A stretch of DNA of 64,000 nt from Eledone cirrhosa (taxonomy: Eukaryota), in contig OZ024741.1 in assembly GCA_964016885.1 (NCBI GenBank), positions 398,288,001 through 398,352,000 on the forward strand. Direction: 5' to 3'. Below the pieces are notes generated by a model that did not search any database, was not told where the DNA came from, and was given only the letters and a program-made list of their open reading frames with translations. Below are positions 9,945 to 20,600 of this stretch, in pieces. Positions within the stretch are counted from its first letter, which is position 1. Every line of letters starts with the position of its first letter. The translations under genes were made by a program, and so were the position numbers.

Positions 9945-10555
9945 AGGTGCATGGCCTAGTGGTTAGTGTGCTGGACTTGCTCATAATCTTGTGGGTTTCA
10001 TTCCTGAACTGGATTGTGTGTTGTGTTCTTGAGTAAAGCACTTTATTTTAAGTTGCTCCAGTATATTTAGCTGAAAATGAATACCAGCAACAGCTGGGGG
10101 GTTTAACCCTGCAATGGATTGGCATCTTGTCCAGGAGCAGTCTTGTATTCTCAGTCACTTCACGCTATGGAAAAAGGGATAAGCACTGGCCTGATGAACC
10201 CCCTGGCTCTAGATAGACTTTAACCCTGCAATGGACTGGCTTCCTGTCCAGGGTGGAGTCTTGTAATCTGTCACTTCACACCACTGAAACTGGGATAAGC
10301 ACTGCCCTGATGAGCCTCAGACAGACTTTACCCTGCAATGGACTGGCTTCCTGTCCAGGGTGGAGTCTTGTAATCTGTCACTTCACACCACTGAAACTGG
10401 GATAAGCACTGCCCTGATGAGCCTCAGACAGACTTTACCCTGCAATGGACTGGCTTCCTGTCCAGGGTGGAATGTTGTGCTCTCAGTTCTTTAATGCCAT
10501 GGAAACTGGGATAAACACTGGCATAATGAGCCTCTGGACTTGAGACAGGCTTTTA
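9945..10555 (+). mobile_element. tRNA-derived CORE-type SINE whose 3' part is tandemly repeated 4 times (117/107/107 bp)
   Basis: A box tggcctagtggtt, B-box-like gggtttcattcc, CORE-like gtgttcttgagtaaagcactt; ccctgcaatgga.tggc at 10107, 10224, 10331 and 10438. Confidence 0.8.
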
Positions 10556-10773
10556 AACCCAATTTAAATATTCATTTGGTATTTTTCATTAGTTTATCTT
10601 TAGTATGGTAAAGCCAAACATTAAATTAAAAAGTTTTAGCATGTTGTTTTCTATCAGCTTTATATTATCTTTTAGTTTTATCTGAAATATGATAATTAGA
10701 TGCTATATCTCCCGATTAAAGATATTAATTCCTTTCAAACCATTCCATTTTCCTGTCCTCGCTCTGATGAAAG

Positions 10774-10865
10774 AATTAATGAGGAGAACTTCTGGCGAAA
10801 CTACTTTTACCGAGTGTCCCTGATCAAGCAATCAACTCAACTTACCTCAATTGCACAATCTACTG
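10774..10865 (+). CDS. SYAP1: SYAP1 internal exon, 92 bp, phase 2/1 (BSD domain FW..YF motif)
   Basis: Completes codon CA|A; [30 protein letters not shown](G); donor G|gtaag; the acceptor is an atypical gatgaaag. Confidence 0.92.
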
Positions 10866-12040
10866 GTAAGACAATACAGCTTGATCCTTTCTTTTATATC
10901 TTTATATCATATGATGTTGTCTCATTCAGCTTTTGTCAGCATTGCTTGTCTTCTATTATTATTATTACTATATTTGATGTTTTCTACGATATTAACTTGG
11001 CTTGCTTTTCACTTTCAATATATGTAGATAATTACTGAAAAAGAAATTATTGCACTTTTGATAACAATTATAAAAAGAAAAAAATGTAAATGTAATTCCT
11101 AATAATATATAAGAAATATTAAAATTGTATATATATAAATATATATTAAAAAAAAGACAGCTGATGCAATAGATAATTTCAAAATGAAAATTACTACAAA
11201 TCTGAAATTATGTATTCATAATTTTCCTTTATCATTGTCTATATCTGTGTGTTTGTTGATGTCGATATTGTGAAATGATGCTTGGAGTATTTGTCAAGAA
11301 AAACTATGTTCTATATAATATTCAGTTGTCAAGGACAACCAAAGACTTGAACATGTCCACCTGTTAATATCTATTCTTTCCAATTTTCCAAATTAAACTC
11401 ATTTTTTGGATTCAAGCTCAACACACGACAACAATATATCAACTATACAGTAAATCTGTTTGAGCTCAGCATGCTACAATAACATATTGTGAACTATACA
11501 GTGTACATTTGAGCTCAGTACACTACAGCATAATGTTGACTATATAGTATATATTTGAGCTCAACATAATTTCAACTATAGTGTTTATTTGAACTCAACA
11601 CACTACAACAACTTAATGTTGTTGAAACAGTGTATATTTGAGTTCAGTACACTACAACATAATTTGACTATGTAGTGTATATTTGAGCTCAACGTAATTT
11701 CAACTATACAGTGTATATTTCAGCTCAGTACACTACAACATAATTTGACTATGTAGTGTATATTTGAGCTCAACGTAATTATAACTATACAATGTATATT
11801 TGAGCTCAGCACACTATTACAACATAATATTGACAATAAAGTGTATGTTTGGGCTCAATTTAATGTTAACTATACAGTCGACATTTGAGCTCAACACACT
11901 ACAACATAATTTAACTATACATTGTATATTTGAGCCTTACATAATGTTGACTTAAAGTGTATATTTGAGCTCAGGACTCTACCACAACATAATGTTGACT
12001 AAACTGTATATTTGAGCTCAGCACAGTACTACTACATAAT

Positions 12041-12185
12041 TGTTTCTACTTTTTGGGATAAGGCCAGCAATTACTCAGTGTATTACTGGTACTTTATTTT
12101 ATCGACCCCGTAAAGATGAAAGGCAAAGTTAACCTCGACGGGATTTGAACTCAGATCATAAAGGGACCTAACTCTATGCCTAACT
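12041..12185 (-). mobile_element. 5'-truncated Nin/Deu-type SINE with a 9-bp TSD
   Basis: Reverse-complemented SINE core; ctacataat at 12032-12040 and 12186-12194. Confidence 0.85.
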
Positions 12186-12715
12186 CTACATAATGTTGAC
12201 TAAACTGTATATTTGAGCTCAGCACAGTACTACTACATAATGTTGACTGAACTGTATATTTGAGCTCAGCACAGTACTACTACATAATTTTAATTGAATT
12301 GTATACTTGAGCCCAGCACAGTACTACTACATAATTTTAATTGAATTGTATACTTGAGCTCAGCACAGTACTACAACATAATGTTGACTGAACTGTATAT
12401 TTGAGCTCAGCACATTACTACAACATAATGTTGACTGAACTGTATATTTGAGCTCAGCACAGCACTACAACATAATGTTGACTGAACTGTATATTTAAGC
12501 TCAGCACAGCACTACAACATAATGTTGACTGAACTGTATATTTGAGCTCAGCACAGCACTACAACATAATGTTGACTGAACTGTATATTTGAGCTCAGCA
12601 CAGCACTACAACATAATGTTGACTGAACTGTATACTTGAGCTCAGTGTACTACTACTGCAACATAAAGTTGTTTCTACTGAGTATATTTGAGCTCAACAC
12701 ACAACTACTTCATAA

Positions 12716-12898
12716 TTGTTTCTACTTTTGACACAAGGCCAGCAATTACCCAGTACATTACTGGTACTTTATTTTATCGACCCTGTAAGGATGAAAAGCA
12801 AAGTTAACCTCGGCAGGATTTGAACTCAGAATGGCAAGGGCAGTAACTTTATGCGTCAAAGCATAGCGTCCGACCCTCTACCAATACTGTCAATCCAC
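12716..12898 (-). mobile_element. Near full-length Nin/Deu-type SINE with an 8-bp TSD
   Basis: Reverse complement of the 3848-4042 element; cttcataa at 12708-12715 and 12899-12906. Confidence 0.87.
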
Positions 12899-13584
12899 CT
12901 TCATAACGTTGACTGTACAGTGTATATTTGAGCTCAACACACTATTACTGCAACATTATGTTGACTTTACAATGTATATTCTGCTTGCAGCAGTGAACTG
13001 TATGTCTCCATTGATCTCAACTATATAGACTATGGTTGGGCCATTGAGATTTAAATGTCAGACACACACCAAAGTGCCAGTGCCATGTTATAAATCACTG
13101 ACTCTCTGATAGCCTGGCATCTTATCAATAACTTTTCAACTATAACACTTTGGGAATATATCCATCAAAAGATCAAACTATGCAGATATAATAAAAAATA
13201 TATAAATATGATAATTATACAAATTATTGCCACAATATCAATCATAATTCACATTTCTTCTGTGAATGATTTTCTATTTCATAACATATGGCTTTCAGCA
13301 TAAATTGATAATATTCTCATACGTTTGTGTTATGGCTTTGCATTCCTACATATTTTGTGTTTATTTGTGGGCCGTTCCCCAATTTCTTGCCAGTTTGCTG
13401 TTATATAACCAAACTCTCCATTTGTGGGAGATCCACTTTAAGCCTTTTTTCCCTCCTTAATTTCTCCTCCTTTTCCCACTTTTTCCTGCATTCTTTCCTT
13501 ATTTTCCAAATATGGGCGTAGTCTGAAATGTCATCAATAACTTTTCTCAGTTATTTCGAGTGTCAACCTAATAACATTTTAACC

Positions 13585-13750
13585 TCTTTTCTTTTTCATT
13601 CTATCTATCTCTCCTCCTTCTCTCTCTCTTCCTCTCTCTCTCTTATATCTCCCCTCTCTCTCTCTCTCTCTCTCTATACACACACAGACACACATGCCTC
13701 CTCTCTCTCTCCTCTCTTTCTCTCTCCTCTCTCTCTGTATATATATATAC
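13585..13750. repeat. (CT)n/(CA)n/(AT)n compound microsatellite
   Basis: Direct reading. Confidence 0.9.
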
Positions 13751-13754
13751 TTCT

Positions 13755-14020
13755 CAGACCGGGTGATGTGTTTCCTTGAGCAAGACACTTTATTTCACAT
13801 TGCTCCAGTTTACTCAGCTGTAGAAATGAGATGATAGGGACTGGGGTCCATATCATTCCACTGCAAAGTGGTCGTGGAGGTGCTACGGCAAAAAAGCACC
13901 CTGCACTCACTGTAAATGAGATTGGTGTTAGGAAGGGCATCCAGCTGTAGAAATCAAGCCAGAATCAGTTCCCGTCCCACCCTTGCAAGCAGGGAAAAAG
14001 CGGACGTAAAAAATGATTAT
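13755..14020 (+). mobile_element. CORE-type SINE fragment with an RTE-derived 3' tail
   Basis: ccttgagcaagacactttatttcacattgctccag core; tail ggtgttaggaagggcatccagctgtagaaa...cccttgcaagcagggaaaaagcggacgtaaaaaatgat shared with the RTE. Confidence 0.78.
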
Positions 14021-14072
14021 ATATAATATAATATATATACACACACACACACATCTCTCTCTCTCTCTCTGT

Positions 14073-15657
14073 ATCATCATCATCATCATCAACGTTTAAC
14101 GTCCGTGTTCCACGCTTGCATGGGTTTGGACGGGGGTAGTCCCACTAGAGGCAAGAGTGATTGTCTTGCTCGCATAGGACTGTCTGGCAGGTTTTCTACA
14201 GTTGGATGCCCTTCCTAACACCAACCACATTTACAGTGTGGGTCTGGGAGGTTTTTACCGTGTTGCCTACACGGCCACATTACAGCGTGGACTGTGTGTT
14301 TTTTTGTCGTGACACCTACACGATCTCATTTGTTTCGGCCTCGATGGCGCGGCACCAACATAACTTTACATAGAACGGGGTGGTGTGGATGGGGTGGGGG
14401 TGGTGGTGGTGGGACGGGGTGTATTTTGTTAGAGATGCCTACTGGCTGGAGTAGGTTTTACTATATATTTAGGTAAGGCGGGTCTTCTCTGTTACTGAGT
14501 ACCGCCAAAGGTCTCGGTCCAGTGACATTGTCTTGGAGAGGTGTAAGTGTGTGATGTCGGAGTTTATCAGCTCGTCCCAGATTTTTCTAGGTCTGCCTAT
14601 TCCGTGACTACCGTCTATCTTTATTGCCCTGTACTTTGTTATACAGCTGTCGACTTTCATGCGCATCACGTGTCCATACCAACGTAGCCTTCTCTCGAGT
14701 AAACAACATCTGATCCCTCTTATCTCTAATTTTTTCCTTAGTTCGTTTATGCTTTGCCGTTCACGTATATTACTGTTACACATCCAGCGGAGCATGCAAG
14801 CTTCGTTCCTCTCTAGTCTGCGTATATCCTCTGCACACAATGCCCAGGTCTCACTGCCATGCAGCATTGCTGTTCGTATGCAGGCATCGTACAACCTGCC
14901 TTTCATTTTTAGTGAGAACCCTTTAGCAGCTAATAGTGGTATAAGCTCTCTGAACTTTTTCCAACCAGTTCTGACTCTAGCTACAGTACTTTCAGAGCAC
15001 CCTCCCCCACTGCTGATTTTATCGCCCAGGTAACGGAAGCTGTCCACTATTTCTATAGAACCCTCTGCGCAATTGAAAGAGCTATTATTTTGTGGGCACT
15101 TGCTGCTACTTATTGCACCAGAGCACCGGCCACATGTAAAATCTATGTTCTTAGTTAGCTTACCTGTGATCCCACTACATCTTTTATGCACCCATACTTT
15201 GCATTTAGGACATAAAATGGAGTTTCTACCTACGCCTTTCCTACACACCGAGCACGACCATTTCCCAGAAGGGACCGCCGCCTTGTTTTCTTTCCTACAA
15301 ACTAGTACTTTGGTCTTAGCCAGGTTAATTTTAAGTCCTTTTGACTCTAGGCCGTGCTTCCATGTTTGGAATTTCTTCTCTAGCTCGGCCATTGATTCCG
15401 CTATGAGTGTCAGGTCGTCTGCGTATAGGAGTTCCCATGGGCAGCCTGTCTTGAACTCCTCTGTTATAGCCTGAAGGGCAATAATAAATAGTAGTGGGCT
15501 GAGAACAGAGCCCTGATGGACGCCGACTTTTACGCTAAACTCTTCACTATATTCGTTGTTAATTCTAACCTTGCTGACTGTTTCTTTATACATGGCTTGT
15601 ATAGCCCTCACAAGCCATTCGTCAACGCCTAGTTTTCTAAGAGCCCACCAGATAATG
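14073..15657 (-). mobile_element. Young 5'-truncated RTE-clade LINE
   Basis: Uninterrupted RT frame, ~390-bp 3' UTR, (GAT)n tail; truncated at 15657 relative to the copy at 62301-64000; TGTAT on both sides is a possible short TSD. Confidence 0.96.
14469..15656 (-). pseudogene. Partial reverse transcriptase ORF of the truncated RTE (no start, no endonuclease)
   Basis: GVHQGSVLSPLLF, LLYADD, GLKINLAKTK, FRYLG, RLRWYGHVMRM, GRPRK.W motifs. Confidence 0.93.
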
Positions 15658-15787
15658 TATATATATATATATATATATGAGATGAGATCCTCAGTGTTAG
15701 TGAGGGCCTACCATTTGGCAAGAACACAAGGGTTCCCCTAAAGTCGTGCTGTTCATGTTTAAGGCTGGTGAGGTGCAGTGATGGTTT

Positions 15788-15955
15788 CCCACCGTGTACT
15801 GGGGGGCATTTGTGGCTTGAGATGATGGGCTGCCCTCTTCTGATACCACTGCCCACCGTGTACTGGGGGGCATTTGTGGCTTGAGATGATGGGCTGCCCT
15901 CTTCTGATACCACTGCCCACCGTGTACTGGGGGGCATTTGTGGCTTGAGATGATA
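15788..15955. repeat. 64-bp tandem repeat, ~2.6 copies
   Basis: cccaccgtgtactggggggcatttgtggcttgagatgat at 15788, 15852 and 15916. Confidence 0.93.
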
Positions 15956-16135
15956 GATGTGTATGTGGATGTGCTTAAGACGATGCATGCTATGTGTGTG
16001 TATGTGGGTATGCTTGAGATGATGTATGTGTGTGAGTGGGTGTGCTTGAGATGATACATGTGTCTGTGTGTGTGAGTGGGTGTACTTGAGACGATACATG
16101 CGTACATGTGTGTATGTGGGTGTGCTTAAGACAAT
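15945..16135. repeat. Degenerate ~35-40-bp GT-rich repeat (gtgcttgagatgat core)
   Basis: About five cores separated by (GT)-rich spacers; inverted cores occur at ~17430-17490. Confidence 0.75.
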
Positions 16136-16884
16136 GCATCTGTCCTGCAGCATTTGCAGTGCATGCATTTGGCATTTATCTGCACAGCAACATTTGTAGT
16201 GCATGCATATAAGCATTTATCTGTACAGCAGCATTTGTAGTGCATGCATACTGCATTAATCTGTACTGCAGCAGTTACAGTCAAGCATACTGCATTAATC
16301 TGTACTGCAGCATTTACAGTAATGCATATTGCATTAATCTGTACTGCAGCAGTTACAGTAATGCATATTGCATTAATCTGTACTGCAGCAGTTACAGTCG
16401 AGCATACTGCATTAATCTGTACTGCAGCATTTACAGTAATGCATACTGCATTAATCTGTACTGCAGCAGTTACAGTCGAGCATACTGCATTAATCTGTAC
16501 TACAGCATTTACAGTAATGCATATTGCATTAATCTGTACTGCAGCAGTTACAGTCGAGCATACTGCATTAATCTGTACTGCAGCAGTTACAGTAATGCAT
16601 ACTGCATTAATCTGTACTGCAGCAGTTACAGTCGAGCATACTGCATTAATCTGTACTGCAGCAGTTACAGTCAAGCATACTGCATTAATCTGTACTGCAG
16701 CAGTTACAGTCAAGCATACTGCATTAATCTGTACTGCAGCAGTTACAGTCAAGCATACTGCATTAATCTGTACTGCAGCAGTTACAGTCAAGCATACTGC
16801 ATTAATCTGTACTGCAGCAGTTACAGTCAAGCATACTGCATTAATCTGTAATGCAGCAGTTACAGTCAAGCATACTGCATTAAT
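16134..16884. repeat. 39-bp minisatellite: ~16 homogeneous copies preceded by ~3 degenerate ones
   Basis: Unit GCATACTGCATTAATCTGTACTGCAGCAGTTACAGTCAA; explains the 13-aa periodic ORFs. Confidence 0.97.
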
Positions 16885-16945
16885 CCCTCTCATTCTGTAT
16901 CAGTCTCAGGGTGAAACTGGGAGTTTGCTGCAGTGAGGAAAATAT

Positions 16946-17309
16946 GCTTTCTGATTTAGGCACAAGGCCTACGATTTGTGGATGTAGGGGGAAGTGATTA
17001 AGTCAACCCCAGTGTGTTACTGGTACTTTATTTTATCATTAAAATCGTTTTAGAAACAAGGGGGGAGGTGATTAAATCAACCCCAGTGTATTACTGGTAG
17101 TTTATTTTATCGTGAAAATTTTGGGAGGGGGAAAAGTCGATTAAATCGATCCCAGTATGTTACTGGTACTTTATTTTATTGATCCCCGTAAGGATGAAAA
17201 GTCAAGCTAACCCTGGCAGGTTTTAAACACATAATGTAAAGGGACGTAACTACATGCTACAAAGCATGTTGTTCGACGCTCTTCCGATTACTGCCAATCA
17301 ACCGCCCTT
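16946..17309 (-). mobile_element. Full-length Nin/Deu-type SINE with an internal triplication and a 13-bp TSD
   Basis: GTGAGGAAAATAT at 16933-16945 and 17310-17322; 5' end ctgccaatcaaccgcc; ccccagtgt.ttactggta.tttattttat occurs three times. Confidence 0.88.
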
Positions 17310-17699
17310 GTGAGGAAAATATAAATGGCTTTAATTGTAGTGAGACATCATTGTAATGATACAAAAGTTGTCTCCCTTGACTTCCTAAATGACCACACAA
17401 TTTTATAGTCATATGTAAACACACGCACACACACACATCATCTCAAGTACACACACAAATACGCATGCATCATCTCAAGCGCACACACATACTTCACCAG
17501 CCCATATACATGTACATACACACCATTATAGTGGGACATTAAATATTGCAACACACAAAACAAGTCAACTTTATTCACAGCAGTAGTAAATAAGATAAGC
17601 CACTGGTTGTCAATGATAGGTCATTCCCTAGAGAAAGATGTACTTTAGCAACATAGATTTAGTGATTTGTGATTGAGACATAGAAGTGAAACATCTAGA

Positions 17700-20600
17700 C
17701 AGAGACACAAGACAATGTGTGACTTTAGTGTAACATGTAGAGTCACTGAGACACAAGACAGTGTGTCACTTTAGTGTAACATGTAGAGTCACTGAGACAC
17801 AAGACAATGTGTGACTTTAGTGTAACATGTAGAGTCACTGAGACACAAGACAATGTGTGACTTTAGTCTAACATCTAGAGTCACTGAGACACAAGACAAT
17901 GTGTGACTTTAGTCTAACATCTAAAGTCACTGAGTCACAAGACAATGTGTGACTTTAGTCTAACATGTAGAGTCACTGAGACACAAGACAGTGTGTCACT
18001 TTAGTGTAACATGTAGAGTCACTGAGACACAAGACAATGTGTGACTTTAGTCTAACATCTAGAGTCACTGAGACACAAGACAATGTGTGACTTTAGTCTA
18101 ACATGTAGAGTCACTGAGACACAAGACAATGTGTCACTTTAGTGTAACATGTAGAGTCACTGAGACACAAGACAATGTGTGACTTTAGTCTAACATCTAG
18201 AGTCACTGAGACACAAGACAATGTGTGACTTTAGTCTAACATGTAGAGTCACTGAGACACAAGACAATGTGTCACTTTAGTGTAACATGTAGAGTCACTG
18301 AGACACAAGACAATGTGTGACTTTAGTCTAACATCTAGAGTCACTGAGACACAAGACAATGTGTGACTTTAGTCTAACATCTAGAGTCACTGAGACACAA
18401 GACAATGTGTGACTTTAGTCTAACATGTAGAGTCACTGAGACACAAGACAATGTGTCACTTTAGTGTAACATGTAGAGTCACTGAGACACAAGACAGTGT
18501 GTCACTTTAGTGTAACATGTAGAATCAGTGAGACACAAGACAATGTGTGACTTTAGTCTAACATGTAGAGTCACTGAGACATAAGACAATGTGTGACTTT
18601 AGTGTAACATGTAGAGTCACTGCGACAATAGACAATGTGTCACTTTAGTGTAACATGTAGTCACTGAGACACAAGACAATGTGTCACTTTTGTGTAACAT
18701 GTAGAATCACAGACATGAGACATTGTGTCACTTTAGTGTAACATGTAGTCACTGAGACACAAGACAACGTGTGACTTTAGTGTAACATGTAGAGTCACTG
18801 CAACACAAGACAGTGTCACTGAGACACAAGACTGTGACTTTAGTGTAACATGTAGAGTCACTGCAACACAAGACAGTGTCACTTTAGTGTAACATGTAGA
18901 GTCACTGAGACACAAGACAGTGTGTCACTTTAGTGTAACATGTAGAGTCACTGAGACACAAGACAATGTGTGACTTTAGTGTAACATGTAGAGTCACTGC
19001 AACACAAGACAATGTGTCACTTTAGTGTAACATGTAGTCACTGAGACACAAGACAGTGTGTCACTTTAGTGTAACATGTAGAGTCACTGAGACAAGACAA
19101 TGTGTGACTTTAGTGTAACATGTAGAGTCACTGAGACACAAGACAATGTGTCACTTCAGTGTAACATGTAATCACTGAGACACAAGACAATGTGTGACTT
19201 TAGTGTAACATGTAGAGTCACTGAGACATAAGACAATGTTTGACTTTAGTGTAACATGTAGAGTCACTGAGACAAGGCAATGTGTGACTTTAGTGTAACA
19301 TGTAGTCATAGACACAAGGCAATGTGTGACTTTAGTGTAACATGTAGAGTCACTGAGACATAAGACAATGTGTCTTTAGTGTAACATGTAGTCACTGAGA
19401 CACAAGACAATGTGTGACTTTAGTGTAACATGTAGAGTCACTGAGACAAGACAGTGTGTCACTTAGTGTAACATGTAGAGTCACTGAGACACAAGACAGT
19501 GTGTCACTTTAGTGTAACATGTAGAGTCACCGAGACACAAGACAGTGTGTCACTTTAGTGTAACATGTAGAGTCACTGAGACACAAGACAGTGTGTCACT
19601 TTAGTGTAACATGTAGAGTCACTGAGACACAAGGCAGTGTGTCACTTTAGTGTAACATGTAGACTCACTGAGACACAAGACAATGTGTGACTTTAGTGTA
19701 ACATGTAGAGTCACTGAGACATAAGACAATGTTTGACTTTAGTGTAACATGTAGAGTCACTGAGACAAGACAATGTGTGACTTTAGTGTAACATGTAGTC
19801 ATAGACACAAGGCAATGTGTGACTTTAGTGTAACATGTAGTCACTGAGACAAGGCAGTGTGTCACTTTAGTGCAACATGTAGTCACTGAGACAAGACAGT
19901 GTGTCACTTTAGTGTAACACGTAGAGTCACTGAGACACAAGACTGTGTGACTTTAGTGTAACATGTAGAGTCACTGAAACACAAGACTGTGTCACTTTAG
20001 TGTAACATGTAGAGTCACTGAGACACAAGACAATGTGTGACTTTAGTGTAACATGTAGAGTCACTGAGACACAAGACAGTGTGTCACTTTAGTGTAACAT
20101 GTAAAGTCACTGAGACACAAGACATTGTGTCACTTTAGTGTAACATGTAGAGTCACTGAAACACAAGTCAATGTGTGACTTTAGTGTAACATGTAGTCAT
20201 AGGCACAAGGCAATGTGTGACTTTAGTGTAACATGTAGTCACTGAGACACAAGGCAGTGTGTCACTTTAGTGCAACATGTAGAGTCACTGAGACAAGACA
20301 GTGTGTCACTTTAGTGTAACATGTAGTCACTGAGACACAAGACAGTGTGTCACTTTAGTGTAACATGTAGTCACTGAGACACAAGACAGTGTGTCACTTT
20401 AGTGTAACATGTAGAGTCACTGAGACATAAGACAATGTGTCACTTTAGTGTAACATGTAGAATCACAGACATGAGACATTGTGTCACTTTAGTGTAACAT
20501 GTAGTCACTGAGACACAAGACAATGTGTGACTTTAGTGTAACATGTAGAGTCACTGCAACACAAGACAGTGTCACTGAGACACAAGACTGACTTTAGTGT

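Larger units (their letters stand above)
11405..12980. repeat. ~47-bp degenerate minisatellite interrupted by two SINEs
   Basis: Unit TATATTTGAGCTCAGCACAGTACTACAACATAATGTTGACTGAACTG; most homogeneous at 12190-12650. Confidence 0.92.

Noticed and set aside
10190-10430. CTGATGA motifs in the SINE tail as hammerhead cores
   Set aside because: No stem II followed by GAAA at suitable spacing
5678-10773. Possible U12-type intron because of the odd acceptor
   Set aside because: The donor is GTAAGT, not GTATCCTT, and there is no TCCTTAAC branch site
12981-13030. ttgcag acceptor-like site after the 47-bp array
   Set aside because: The phase-1 reading stops after ~12 codons with no SYAP1 similarity
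14659-15474. + strand ORFs of 124 and 133 aa, repeated at 62893-63708
   Set aside because: Antisense shadows of the RT frame with no recognisable motifs
16126-16936. 200-255 aa ORFs with a 13-aa repeat (antifreeze-like appearance)
   Set aside because: The 39-bp unit is open in several frames on both strands; no splice or start context and no clear codon-position bias in the variants
17720-17750. p53 half-site or AP-1 site in each satellite monomer
   Set aside because: TAACATGTAG misses RRRCWWGYYY at several positions, and AGAGTCA is not TGA(C/G)TCA
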